Shown one piece after another: positions 39,192 to 50,758 of a stretch of 64,000 bases of DNA (positions within the stretch are counted from its first letter, which is position 1; every line of letters begins with the position of its first letter). The stretch comes from Dehalococcoidia bacterium (lineage in GTDB: Bacteria > Chloroflexota > Dehalococcoidia > Lucifugimonadales > UBA3495). The notes below the pieces were generated by a model. The model saw only the letters and a program-made list of their open reading frames with translations. It had not been told where the DNA came from and made no database searches. A program made the translations under genes and the position numbers. The DNA is taken from the NCBI GenBank assembly GCA_965262485.1, contig OZ253540.1:2339882-2403881 (forward strand). The letters run 5' to 3'.

Positions 39192-39373
39192 TGGATTACT
39201 GCATCAGTCCTTTCAGTAACATTGCGTGGGGAGCCTGCTATGGGCTAATGTTGTTCGGAATGATAGGGATGGTAATTGGCATTATTACGCTCTGCCGTGA
39301 AAATAAACGGCTCCGGCAACGCACAGCCCAGCCGGTATCCCAAATCCCAACAGAATCCCCCAGCAGGTCTTAA
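39188..39373 (+). CDS. Small single-TM peptide (second, duplicated copy)
   Basis: MMDYCISPFSNIAWGACYGLMLFGMIGMVIGIITLCRENKRLRQR.. Confidence 0.3.
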   Translation: MMDYCISPFSNIAWGACYGLMLFGMIGMVIGIITLCRENKRLRQRTAQPVSQIPTESPSRS

Positions 39374-39494
39374 TCGGTGTGTAATAAAGAGAGGGATCTA
39401 AACACTCGAACCATAGAAACAAACCACCAACCACACCGAGGGCAACAGCGACATATAGCAGAAATCCACCAGCGAATCGGTATAACGTACCCAT
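39285..39494 (-). CDS. Small two-TM membrane protein at the IS right end
   Basis: MGTLYRFAGGFLLYVAVALGVVGGLFLWFECLDPSLYYTPIK.. after GGAGAGGGAAAG. Homologous to 1872-2072 and 52508-52714. Confidence 0.4.
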   Translation of the reverse strand: MGTLYRFAGGFLLYVAVALGVVGGLFLWFECLDPSLYYTPIKTCWGILLGFGIPAGLCVAGAVYFHGRA

Positions 39495-39557
39495 CGCTTT
39501 CCCTCTCCTGCATCCCTGCCGGTAGCGTTGCCAAACAGTCGCCGGCGGGGATGTTCT

Positions 39558-39941
39558 TCATGTTGACCGTTCAGAGTTCTCGCGTGATGGCAGCAATGCG
39601 AAAACTACCACGGCCACGATGTTGACGATTGGTATCAGAATCAGGAATCCCCACGCCTCATCTTTACCTGCATCGGTGGCTCGATGCATAGTCCATACGA
39701 CCGATAAGGCCAGCGCAGGGAGACCATACAATCCCAGGACAAGCACTCCCAGCACTTGACCGAGTTCTGCTGGGGAAAACGAATCTACCAACACTCGCCC
39801 GATGCCAGCCACCACTCCCACGGCAATCAATATCAGCCATCGCTTGATATACCCCCTTTGGCCTATGCGGGAGCCCGTTGTTTCGCGCGTCTCTTTCATT
39901 GGGGAACCTCCCTCTACGAAGTAGGATAGGGCTACCGTCAT
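39558..39941 (-). CDS. DUF805-family inner-membrane protein
   Basis: ..RIGQRGYIKRWL....VVWTMHRATDAGKDEAWGFLILIPIVNIVAVVVFALLPS. Confidence 0.65.
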   Translation of the reverse strand: MTVALSYFVEGGSPMKETRETTGSRIGQRGYIKRWLILIAVGVVAGIGRVLVDSFSPAELGQVLGVLVLGLYGLPALALSVVWTMHRATDAGKDEAWGFLILIPIVNIVAVVVFALLPSRENSERST

Positions 39942-40209
39942 AGCAAGCCGGTTCCCGCACTCAAAAGCGCAAGCCCCGCAGAGAGAGGCACGATGCCCCT
40001 ATCCACACGCGGACTTGCGCCGTCGATGTAATAGACGCCCTGGTGGGCGCCGATTATTGTCGCTGACGGTTGCGACTTGCTATGACGGTGGGGATGCTAT
40101 CATGTCAATCACGCATAAGCAAACGGAGCCAAACGAGCTCATCAAAGTGGTGCGTCAATGCCTACCCGATGCGTCGCCAGCCCAATCGACTGAGGAGAGC
40201 GATTGACAT

Positions 40210-41371
40210 ATGAAGGGCACGATGCGCCAGCGCAGCGCGGGGACGTGGGAAATCACGATCAACCTGGGGCGCGACGCCCAGGGCGTCCGCCGGCGGCGCA
40301 GCGTCACCGTGCGGGGCACGAAGGCCCAGGCGCAGCGGCGGATGCGGGAGTTGCTGGTCGAGTTCGACCGGGGCGTCATCCCGCCGACGCCGATCCTGCT
40401 GCGGGACTGGCTGGCCCGCTGGATGGCCGAGCGCATCATCCCCCACCGGAGCGGGGCCACCGTGGAGCGCTATGAGGGCATCATCCGCCGGCAGATCGTT
40501 CCCCACCTGGGGCACCGGCAGCTGGACAAAATCACGCCGCTGCAAATCCAGGATTGGGAGACGAGGCTGTTGAGAGAGGGCGCCAAGTCGGTCGGGCTGA
40601 TGCACACCGTACTGTCGGGCGCGTACCGCTACGCCCTGCGCCTGGAGCTGGTGAGCCGCAACCCGGTGGCTGCGGTATCGCCGCCCAGCGCCGGCAAAAC
40701 GGAAACGCTGACGCCGCCGGTGGGCGCCGTCCACGAGCTGCTGAGCCCGGCCGAATCCAGCGGCAATCGGCACCGGGCCGTGATCCGGCTGCTGGCCTAC
40801 ACCGGCCTGCGGCTGGGGGAGGCGTTGGGCCTCACCTGGGACAACGTGGACCTGGACGAGGGCTTCCTGCTGGTGAAGCAATCTCTGCGCCGGCGCCAGG
40901 CGGGGCTGGTCATCTCGCCGCCGAAGACGGCCACCGGCGACCGCAAGGTGGACCTGGACGCTGGCACAGTGGCAATGCTGCGTAGGCATTGCCGGGAGCA
41001 GGACGCCATCCGCGCCGGGATGGGGGAGTACTGGCAGGAGCGGGGCGCGTGTTTCCCAACGACCGCGGCGGGTGGACCGATCCGGCGCGGGTAACGTGGA
41101 ACATCAAGTCGCTGGCCCGGGGGTGGGCTGCTCCGGCATTACCGCCCACTCGCTGCGCCACTTCCATGCCACGGTACTGCTGCAGTCGGGAACGAACCCG
41201 GTGGTCGTGAGCAAACGGTTGGGACACGCCAACGTCAGCATCACGTTGAACATATACGGCCACGTCCTGCCGGGCTGGCAGAAAGAAGCGGCGGCGGCCT
41301 TCGCCGGGGCGATGGAGGAAGCCGCGCCGGATGCGGATGATGCGGCCCGGGGTGGCGAAGCGGCGGCCTGA
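40210..41371 (+). pseudogene. Tyrosine-type site-specific integrase with two frameshifts at G-runs (~41035 and ~41120)
   Basis: MKGTMRQRSAGTWEITINLG..; ..LAYTGLRLGEALGLTWDNVDL; frame 2 RVFPNDRGGWTDPARVTWNIKSLAR; frame 3 GITAHSLRHFHATVLLQSGTNPVVVSKRLGHANVSITLNIYGHV. Confidence 0.8.
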
Positions 41372-41559
41372 ATTTGGTCATATTTCGCCGCCCGATTGCC
41401 GCCCTCAATGACGGCGGCAGGCGTCCACAGGCGGCGGGTAGCGATGGTTTGGCGGCGGATTCCCGATGCAGGCGGCAGGCGAAGGGTGGCAACGCGAAAT
41501 ATCGGAATCCGACCTTCGGCACCATCCCACTCATTGCTCAGGCCGCCCAACGTCGGAGC

Positions 41560-41839
41560 GCTGCCACAGGTCGCTCGCGGGGTGTACTTCGGCCGCCGCA
41601 ACTTCGCCACGATAACCGGACTGTCCCTGATGCTCCCGAACCTGGTTAGCGTGGGAGCGCTTGCGGGGATCTTGATCGCCTGGCTGAGCGAAATCACCGG
41701 CGCCTACACGTTGCCCCTGGCAATCATCGCGGTAATCGGTGCAGTCGGATCGTTGGCATTCCTGTTCCTGGGCGATCCAAAGCTCGCGCCGTCCCAAAAC
41801 TCACGTTTAGAGATGCCAGTTCATTTGCCTGAGGGTTGA
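41560..41839 (+). pseudogene. C-terminal fragment of an MFS-type transporter
   Basis: ..GVYFGRRNFATITGLSLMLPNLVSVGALAGILIAWLSEITGAYTLPLAIIAVIGAVGSLAFLFLG. No upstream body. Confidence 0.4.
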
Positions 41840-42152
41840 GCAACTGGTCGGCGCCTCATCGGTGGTGGCCGGTAAGGGTTAGTGGTTTTCGGCGGCGCCA
41901 CGAATGGAAACCGGTCGACACGGACTATTCGAGCCACTGTGGTTAAATACCGTTATGCGGAGAACATCCTGGACAACGCCCGACGGCGTGATATATTGGC
42001 CGGGGCACTGAGGTAATGGCGGGGCAATGTTCCCCAGGAAAGTAATGTGTAGGCCGGCGCCGCCTCTCCAACCGGCAAAAAGAACTCCGCGTTTGGTCCG
42101 CGGCGTTGCGTCTGCAAGCGGACCGCCAGGTGGGGAGGGAATACTGGAAGCT

Positions 42153-42713
42153 ATGCAACTGCCTGGTACGGAGCCGCTAGATGACGCACCAGGATTGTGG
42201 GCTTTGCAGTGGGAGCTGCTGGAAATTGCAGAAACTGAATTAGGTCCCAGAGATCGGTCAAAAAAGGTGTACCAACCGCAGTTCGCGGACGACGGACCGT
42301 TTCTGCGGAATACTCCCAACTTCGACGGCGCCTTCGTCGAACTGAGTCGGAACGATGAGCACTACTGGCCGACGGTCGTCTATGAGATGGCGCACGAAAC
42401 CGTGCACCTGCTCAATCCAGTAGCCCGTGGTAACGGCAATTATCTTGAGGAAGGAGTGGCCGTGGCGTTTTCGCTGTACGTTCAACCGATGTACGGCTTC
42501 AAAATGTCGGTGCAGATTCCTTCGTACGAGTACGCTCTGAAACTTGCCGACTCCCTACCTGTTGGAACCCTAGCGGCCGGGAAACTCATCCGGCAGCATA
42601 TCGGCGCGTTGAGCTCCGCCACTGCGCAATCGCTGGCGGAACTGTTCCCAGAAGGCGACGAAGCTGTCTGCGACCGTCTGACCCAGCGCTTCGATCGGGA
42701 TTTGGGCACTTAG
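42153..42713 (+). CDS. Putative HExxH zinc metallopeptidase-like protein
   Basis: ..VVYEMAHETVHLLNP....NYLEEGVAVAF. Start chosen at the internal ATG 42153. Confidence 0.5.
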   Translation: MQLPGTEPLDDAPGLWALQWELLEIAETELGPRDRSKKVYQPQFADDGPFLRNTPNFDGAFVELSRNDEHYWPTVVYEMAHETVHLLNPVARGNGNYLEEGVAVAFSLYVQPMYGFKMSVQIPSYEYALKLADSLPVGTLAAGKLIRQHIGALSSATAQSLAELFPEGDEAVCDRLTQRFDRDLGT

Positions 42714-43178
42714 ACGCCCAAAACGACACCCCAAACCAGTATCAATAAAGACTTGCAGCGGTCGGTCTGTAGACTTGACGCTTTAGCTACGAAATACGTC
42801 GCCCAGAGCTAGCAATTAAGCATTCTATGCGACGAATACCGGTCAAATTGGTGGCTGATTATCGTAATGGGCGGCCCAACAAACCGGGCGGCGAAATTCG
42901 GAATCAGGTCGGCGCCGGGATCCCCCGCACAAACCGGTTTACGTAATGACTCTTTGGCGAAGCACGGCGGGTATCAATAAGGCGGGGGATGCCGGAAGGA
43001 TGGACGCCCGAATCATGTCCGCCAACGCGTTGCGGCGAGTCTTTCCGACGACGCTGGCCAGGGTATCTCGAATGTCGTGGCTGGATTCACCAAGAGACCT
43101 TGTGCAACCGAATATCGGTAACATTTGATTTGAGTCAACCACTCGCGTTGGGTAACGGTTTTATTGAGGCAATGCGGC

Positions 43179-43625
43179 TCATTCGTTGTTTGCTAACTGC
43201 TCGATGTCAATTGCTACTTTTTTGCTCAGGCTCAGTAGGGCTTCCGCGTTTTCCTGAAGTTCGACCAATTTAACGCAGAGGGATACACTGAGCAAAGCGC
43301 CGTCTGGTTCTATTGGCCATTCTTTTGTGGGTAAATGCCACCCTGAGCGGTTGCGAGGGTCTTCAGATAAGCGTTGTATCTGCTCTACTTTCTGAATGAC
43401 AGAAGTCTTGTTGTCCGTTGAGCACTGTTCTTGCAAGCGCGTCAGCGCGTCGGTCAGTTCTGATACTAGACCTGCCTGGTGGTAGTTCCTGTTTTTGGAC
43501 AATGCTGACTCTACCAAACTTAGTTTCGCTTTTGCTGAGTCAACTTTCTGGTCAAAGCTGGCCCTGATTGTGTGACCGAGATTTTGCACATGTTTCTCGA
43601 TCGCGTTAACGTCCATTGTGGTCAT
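43179..43625 (-). CDS. Hypothetical coiled-coil protein (lower-GC segment)
   Basis: MTTMDVNAIEKHVQNLGHTIRASFDQKVD... No domain recognised. Confidence 0.4.
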   Translation of the reverse strand: MTTMDVNAIEKHVQNLGHTIRASFDQKVDSAKAKLSLVESALSKNRNYHQAGLVSELTDALTRLQEQCSTDNKTSVIQKVEQIQRLSEDPRNRSGWHLPTKEWPIEPDGALLSVSLCVKLVELQENAEALLSLSKKVAIDIEQLANNE

Positions 43626-43854
43626 CTGCTCATTCCTATTCGCTTGGGTTTTCTCGTTTCTTGCGTTCTCTTCCCCTGAGGCCTGGCAAACAGGGTCATG
43701 GGCATCATAACTTCGCCCGCCGAATCGGGTCAAAAGTCGTCCCTGCACCTTGACCTGGCCCGATGGTTGTACCACTTTCTATGTTAGTCCGACCAGCATC
43801 TTACTGATGATGCGTTCTGGACCTGATGGGTCAGCGCACTAGTGCTACGCGGAC

Positions 43855-46800
43855 TCACGTAATGGAGCTTTTGATGGGGAGACTTCGGGTCGCTGAGACC
43901 GGCACTACTGCGGCTCCGTCGTTCCGGCCAGATCGCGTCAGAGTGAAGTGACAGGTCATCTCGCCGAAAGCAGCAGAAACATCCCCCAATCCCCACGATG
44001 TGAGGACGACCGCATACCCCTGAGCTTCAGTGTCATAGAATGACTGTCCGGTATGTCCCCACCAGCCATCCACCCACCAGATCGTCTGAACCGCAAGATC
44101 GCCGGCCGATGTATGCCACCTGCCCGGTCAAGTCGAATCTGGCTTCCACCCTAGAATGGCTGCAAGATCAGGGCGAAAGGAAAGCCAACTAGCATCGAAT
44201 TGATGAAAAGTGTATGCGTAGTTCATCACGATTAGAGGTTCGCTGCTCCCCAACCATCCCCCAGTTGCGGGAGTCACTAGATCCTGTAATTGCAGCGAAC
44301 TTCTATGCATGAAGACTGGGTCCTCCGCAGTCTTGGCGGTTCCAATTCTCGTCCCGCATTTGTAGTGCTCTGCAAGGTGGTCCCAATTCAATACCATAAG
44401 TCGGCTCGACGCACCGATGAGCACCTGGTCCTTACCTGCGGCTGCCGCGATGTACTCAGACAGTCGATCCTCAATTCCGCCTAGCCACCACTCGATCGTC
44501 TTATCGACCCCGGCGAGTGGCGGAGGCGGTACGACGCTGGGGCGAGGACACGGTGTGCGTCCGACCAGTTCAATGTCAACGGTGCGTACAGGCGGCGCAC
44601 GTTGGACGGCGCGTGATCAAGCAATCCTGTGTCTAGCATATCGGCCAGTACTCGACCAGCCGCCGAGCGCGACGCCGCAAGTTCCTCCGATGGGACCGTA
44701 TGTCTTACACCTGAACGTCTGAGGGCTTCATGAACGGCGTCCTGCTCAGGGAGCAATTCGAGTGCTTCTGTTGCGTATTGAGCGGCAACTCGGAGCATCG
44801 CACCAGTGTCCAGATCGAGTTCTCTCGCGAGGGCTTCATATATTGTCTTATAGGGCCCTGGAAACGCCTTTCCAGATCCGACCCGGGGCACCTTCTCAGT
44901 GGGCAATATGATCCGGTATTTCGGAGACAGAGGCCGAGTGATCGCAGGAGCTTGGACGCTCGACAGGTCGCGTAGAATCTGACTTGGATGCGCTGCAAGC
45001 ATCCGATCCAGTTGCCCCAAGCAGAGAGGGATGACAAACCCATCGTGGGTGCGAGCGGCCGCCAGGCCTCGCCCGGCTCGTTCCAGGATGTCGTCACTGG
45101 CACCCGGTTGCGCGAATCGTGCGAGTGCTTCGGCGATTTCGACATTGCCGGCTACGAGGGCGCGAACGACGACGGTGCTAGCGCGTTCACGGACGAGCCA
45201 AGAGGCGTGGGAAAGGTGCCCGACTGCGAGCTCAGCAAGCGCCGCTCCGTGGGTCGAGTTGTCTTCTAAAACTCGTCGCTCGTTGCTCGGGTCGGATAAC
45301 CACCATCGACAGCCGTGATCCGCAAGGGGTTCGTCCTCAGTTAGCGCAAGCGTCTCCGCCATTCCGCCAAGATACGTTCGAATCTCAGGCCAAATTGAAC
45401 CGGCGGTAACCTCAGGATGGAGCGACTGGACGATGTCTTCTAAGTTCGGAAGAAGCTGACCGGGCAACCAGGACGTTTCGATCGCGCACCGGGCGAGATC
45501 CTGACAGACACTTTTCAGATCGCCTTAGCCACCCAACCGAACTATCTGGGAGGCCGCTCGCAGGCGTGTGCCGCCGAAGTCACGCGCCCAAATGTAGTCA
45601 CGCGCACTCCCGAAGGCGTCAGACGCGATACGGAAAGCGGCGTCTCGGTCGCCGTTAAGCTCAGCAGCCTCCGCAAGCAATGCGAGCACATCGGGGTCCA
45701 TCCTGGTTCCCTTCCCGAACACTTCGACTAGTTTGGGAATATCGTTCCTCTCCAACGCCTTTCGCTCGATCACCCGAGCCCAGTCGAATTTCGAGTCATC
45801 GTCCTCCATGCGTCGCAGCGAGATGATATCGTCAACGTTTTGTATGTGTGAGCTTACGTCCCATCGCTGTATCCGCTGCCCGTCTGACAGGACGAGTGCA
45901 AAGATGTCGTCTACATCGGACCGTCCAGGATCCTCATCTGCATCTTTTTTGGTATTGACGCCAAGTCCGAGTCCCTCGCGCCATCCCGGTCGCGCCGTCG
46001 GCAACGCGTAGCGGTCGGTGAGTGCCGCCATAGATTCGGCTAAGTCCGACGCGGAAGGCTGGTTGGAAGTTCTTGCTGCGGCACTAACGATCGCGGAGGC
46101 GAGCGCGGGAAACGGCGTGTGTGCTGCCAGAGCCAGCAAGTTGGCGGTGATGTCCGCTGCCAGTTCGATGGTCGCCTTGTCAAGGGTCCCCGCACGCACG
46201 ACTAAAGAGCACACCAAGGCGGCTAACGCGTCGAAGTGTTGTACCGTTCCCTGGCGAACTAGGTACTCGAAAATGCGAACACCCGCCATCGGGTCAGCGG
46301 GCACAACCGTTGCCGGAAGACTGGCTGCGGCGGATCGTGGAGCACCTTCGGTCATCGGTTTGACCGCCGTCAACAGGCGAGCCAGCCACGCCGCGTCGTC
46401 TACGAGACGGTTTCCATCCAGCTCGACGAGGGCTCGTCCGAGCCAGCTAACCCAATGATCGAATTGATAGTCCTTACGATACCCGACCCCGAACGCCGTT
46501 GACGTCATGCCGATCGCTATGTGCTGCGCGGCCTTTAGGTCACTGCTTCGCGCATGGCGCTGGATGAGGTCTGCCATGACGTCGAGTCTCGAGTTCACGT
46601 CTCCATCGGCTGCTTCCGCTTCCAGCTCAACAAGTGCTTTGCGATACCACGGAGCATCTATGCCGGCCGCTAGGAGATCATCGGCGAGATCGAACTTCAG
46701 ATCCGCCGGCCATTGCTGTGACTCCGTCTCGAACCGATGGGCGAAGTCGTCCTTCAGCTGTTCTGGAAGGCCGTTGCCGTAGCGCCGCGCTACGGCGATG

Positions 46801-49800
46801 ATGATCCGCATGAGTTCGGGCTTTTGGCGTCGTATCGCATTAAGGTGCGCGCTGCCTCAACGCGTCGAAAGATCGAACAGGTCCAGTAAGCGAAAAAGTC
46901 CGGTCCGCGCATCTGCGGTCGACGGGGATCTGCCTGAGGCGACTGCTGCATCAAGTTGCCCAAGGCTTAGAATCGCAGCATCAACTCGTGCGACGAGGCC
47001 GATCGCCTCGCTATCGCTATGCACGGGCGCGCCCGGTCGAATGTCGTCGCCCGCTGGCGTCGCGATTACGGGTGGGTCAGACTCGGGAACCTCGTCATCC
47101 TTCAATGCGAGACCATAGCGTAGCCGCCAGTACCGGAATCGGAGACCCAACGCAGCGGACTCGTTGTAGGAACTGAGCTCGCTCACGGTCAGTACCCTAT
47201 TGTACGGACACTGGCTGAGTATTTCTTCGGCCTGATCGGCCCTCCCGTGACGGGCGAGAATCTTAGCGGCGTCGAGCATCGTCGAGGGATAGAGAGGTAG
47301 ATCATCGAACATTGAGAGCAGGTGATCGAGGTGGCGTTCCACAGTTTCAACTGTTGTTGCCAGGCTGAGCATTGCAGCCCGCGATCGGACTCGAAGATCG
47401 ACGACTGCGGCGATGATGTTGTCTAACCCGCTGGCGTTCAACATGTCGCTATCCGCGTGCCCCTGAGTCAGCGCATCTGTCAATCGAGTTACATCGTCGA
47501 CAAGAGCCAAATCGACAATTCCCAGTGCCGCCTCGTCTCCCTTTTGCGCAACCGCGTCAATCAGCGCTTCCATGGTCCGCACGTAGTTTTCCCACCGCTC
47601 GATCTGCACGTTCCTGTCGCGTCGATCCGTCGACAATGGCATCTGGAGAAAATTTCGGATCGCAACGATCACTGTAGACAGAGGAAGAAACAGTGCAGCC
47701 GCTCGCGTCCAGGCAACGGCTGCATCGTACTCGTGACCAACTACGCGATTCTTGTGTGAATCGTTGGGCCCCTCGTGTTCAATCGAGCGGAAAATCCGGA
47801 GGCCAGCCGGGTCGTTGTCTGCCCCGAGTCTCGCGGCAAGGTTGTATGCCTGCGCGAGCGGAACCCTTGTAGCATCGTCACCACAGTACGCAATGGCCTC
47901 GTGGGCAAGCCCGGCTTCGTACAGCAAGCCCGGCATGTCCACGGCCTCCAGCGCAGAAGATCGGGCGTCAAGTTCCACAAGGGCAAGCAGCAGCCGGATC
48001 ATCACTCGTACGTCGGCGCGCTCTGCCGCGACGCCAAGCGCGAGTCCGATGTCCTCGTGAATCAAGTCAGGGGATCGTAACTGTTCATGCTGTTCGCGGA
48101 ACATTTTTTGCTCCGCCAGCCTGAGTACTTCATCCTCCTGACGGGCGAAATGGTGATGGCAGAGTTGCTCGGCCGCGATCCTTCGATCGCCGGTTTTGCC
48201 ACAGAGTGCTGCAACGAAACCGTGAGCCCGTGCGTCCGCATTCGCGTCGGGACGGCCATCGTCGCCTAATGCGGTGCGATCCGAGGCAAACTGGCGAAAA
48301 GAGTCGTGGAAGAACCTCCACCCGTCATGGTGATGGCGGAACAGATACAGTAGCTTGCGTTGGAATTTCACAACCGCTGCCCTCGGCGCCCAATCAAACA
48401 ACCACTCGGTCGTGAACCCGATCCGCAATCGTGAGCAGGCAGTTAGGATCTCCACGATGTCGGCATCCTCTTGTAGCTCGTCCCAGACCGCGCGATACTC
48501 GGCAGCAATATCGCCCTCATACGCGGGTGCGCCTGCGAGAATTTCCTCGGCTGAGCTGCCGTCCACGTTTCGGAGTCTATTGAGGAGATAGCTAAGAGCC
48601 AGGGGGTAGCCGCGGCTGAGTTCTGCGATGCGCCGATGTAGTTCCGGTGCCAGATCGGCTGTGACCGGCGCGCGCTGGCATATCTCGAGGACGGACCCCT
48701 GGGAGAGAACGTGATGCTGAAGGTCAACTATGGCTTGACGTTCCTTCAGTTGCTGTCGTGCATGTGCACGAATAGGAGTGAGTGTACGGCTGCCGAGGAC
48801 GAATAGGACCCCAACCGGCAACTCTTCAGGTCGGGGCAATTAGTCAAGAAGACTGTCGTTGCCTGAATAGTCGCGTTCGACATGGTCAAGACCGTCGACC
48901 ACCACGATCGTCCGGCGTCGTGTAGCTGCGAATTCTACGCTCCCCGAGTCAAGTTGTTCGGTTAGCTGTTGTCGTAGTCCATGTACATCGCTGCTCGTGA
49001 TCTCACGTTCGCGTGAGCCGAGACCGCTACTCTGCAGCATGAGGACAATGTCGTGTAGAAAAGATCGAGCTGTCAGGCGGGTCCTCCCAGCCGCAGTCTT
49101 CGGTACGTGGGCGTAATAGCGGACAACTCGGTCAGTGCCGCTAGTGAGCGCTTGGCTCAGGAGTGTTGACTTCCCGGCTCCGGGCGGGCCGAGCACCGCG
49201 ACATATCCGCTGTCATGTTCAGCGACGATATCGTTCAGTTGATCGATTGCTTCTGCAAGCGGAGCATAGGTATCGAGGTCCACCGGAAACTCATGACGGC
49301 TGTGCAGGCGGGTTCGATCCGTCCATCCCATCAGCTTGAGAACGCCGCGCTCGTCAAGTTCTACAACGTCGAAAGACTCGGAGACGAGTCGGCTGAGCGC
49401 GTCCGAGAGGGTAAGGATGTCCGACCGACGAGTCGATGGTGTTGCAGGCACTCCCGTTCCAGCATTTAGGTCAAAGTGTAGTGCCCGGAGGAATAGGCCG
49501 AACTCTTCCGGCGCAACTCCACTAGCCTCTCGCAGCTTTTCAAGAGCGGGCTGCCAGCCCGTGGCTACATCATCCACCGTGAGCTTTCCCAAACGGAGTG
49601 GCTCAAGCACTTGTCTGAGGAAAGAACCGAAGTGGTTCGGGTGAGGCCGATAGTGGTCGCCTGGGTTACCAAGGTGGTCATTCAGCGACGCGATTCGTTG
49701 CATCACAAGATGAACATGCGTGCTCCCTGTCAGACCCTGTAGGGATTTCCAACCATCCGCCAGGGACCGCGCCAATGAGGGTGCGCCGCCGCCGCCGCAT

Positions 49801-50054
49801 GTCTTCTGGTTTTGAACGATCTGATTAAAGGTGACGTATCTGTCGTATACGGCGTTCTTGAACTGGTAGGCGTCGGTACGACCGCGGCGCCTAAGGACCA
49901 GATCGTCGACGCGCCCTGCTTCGGGGTCGGTCAGTCTGAGAGAGACGAAATCGCCGTCGTACAACGCGTCGTAAACGAGTGCTGCGATATGGTCGTACTG
50001 CCAACGATACCCGCGGAGGGCTTGCCGTTCACCGGCCGCTGCCGACTGGGTCAT
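43855..50054 (-). pseudogene. Avs-like giant antiviral STAND gene: N-terminal Cap4/DUF4297-type nuclease, P-loop NTPase (NB-ARC-like) and long helical repeats. Inactivated.
   Basis: ORFs ending at 50054, 48839, 46811 and 45467 are all in one frame, separated only by single stops TAA (48840-42), TGA (46857-59) and TAA (45525-27) with open codons between. One frameshift near 44560 and a TGA at 44128-30. Motifs LRGYRWQYD..DDLVL..AYQFKN; GPPGAGKST; IVVVDGLDH; LFVLGSR; SRGYPLAL. Confidence 0.7.
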
Positions 50055-50197
50055 CTGTAAGCCACCGGCTGCTGCGAGGGATCCCCGAACGACATCTTCG
50101 GCTCGTACCTTCCTGCGAAATCGATCCAGTCGATGCGCGACTGATACTTCCGCCTCAGTTGGTCTCCCTTTGCCTCGCTCATCCGCCGAGTCAGCAT
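50051..50197 (-). CDS. Possible small upstream ORF (43-48 aa) start-stop coupled to the Avs-like gene
   Basis: ..MSEAKGDQLRRKYQSRIDWIDFAGRYEPKMSFGDPSQQPVAYR, with its stop in an ATGA overlap with the Avs ATG. Confidence 0.25.
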   Translation of the reverse strand: MLTRRMSEAKGDQLRRKYQSRIDWIDFAGRYEPKMSFGDPSQQPVAYR

Positions 50198-50543
50198 CCT
50201 ATGGCCGTCGAAGTTCGCAAGCGTGAAAACGCAACGTAGCCTTCCTATCGTTCACTCCAGGGCCCCGTCCCTGCATGAATCTCGCCGGTTGGTGTCAGCA
50301 CGGTTTCAGTTACAGACCTGCATCGCACGCCCCATCTCGATCTGATTGTCATGTAGTTTCCAATGATAATGTTTAGCTGGACTTTGCGCAATTCAAGCAG
50401 CGTAAGCAAGGGAATCGACAAGTCGGTGGTACAGAGCGGCCGGGACTTTCCGTATATCAGGGTTGGCGGCTCGACTTTGTACAAAAGCTAGATAAATTAT
50501 AAGAACAGGGTAAGCTCGACCAAATCACCACAAGAGGTCGAGC

Positions 50544-50688
50544 ATGCCTACCCTGCCCGCAGTCATAGTAACCCTGCTGCTGCCCTTTGAGCGCCTGTTT
50601 GACCCCAGGACCTGGCGCAAAGCCCAACTCCTGGCCATGGGAGCGATCCTGTCTCCCGGCAAACGCACCGTGTCCTCCGCCCTCAACA
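50544..50688 (+). pseudogene. N-terminal fragment of an IS701-like DDE transposase, cut by an IS6 left end
   Basis: MPTLPAVIVTLLLPFERLFDPRTWRKAQLLAMGAILSPGKRTVSSAL, then GGTTCCGTTTAC... Confidence 0.5.
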
Positions 50689-50735
50689 GGTTCCGTTTAC
50701 TTGTGCGTGATGGCTATGATACAATCCCCCGGACT
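50689..50735 (+). mobile_element. Solo IS6-like left-end remnant
   Basis: GGTTCCGTTTACTTGTGCGTGATGGCTATGATACAATCCCCCGG against the copy-2 left end GGTTCCGTTTACTTGTGCGTGATAGGCTATTATAGCCGATTTTCCGGGG. Confidence 0.55.
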
Positions 50736-50758
50736 TGTTTGCAACCGGGGGATTTGCT

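Larger units (their letters stand above)
37659..39557 (+). mobile_element. IS6-family-like element, copy 2 (1.9 kb, with an internal ~230-bp duplication)
   Basis: Left end GGTTCCGTTTACTTGTGCGTGATAGGCTAT; right end ..GTTGCCAAACAGTCGCCGGCGGGGATGTTC. Confidence 0.6.

Noticed and set aside
40210-41839. An integrase-adjacent tRNA or att site that would define an integrated element.
   Set aside because: I saw no tRNA-like sequence (T-loop GGTTCGA-type motifs in cloverleaf context) near the integrase or elsewhere. The neighbouring sequence is an MFS gene fragment.
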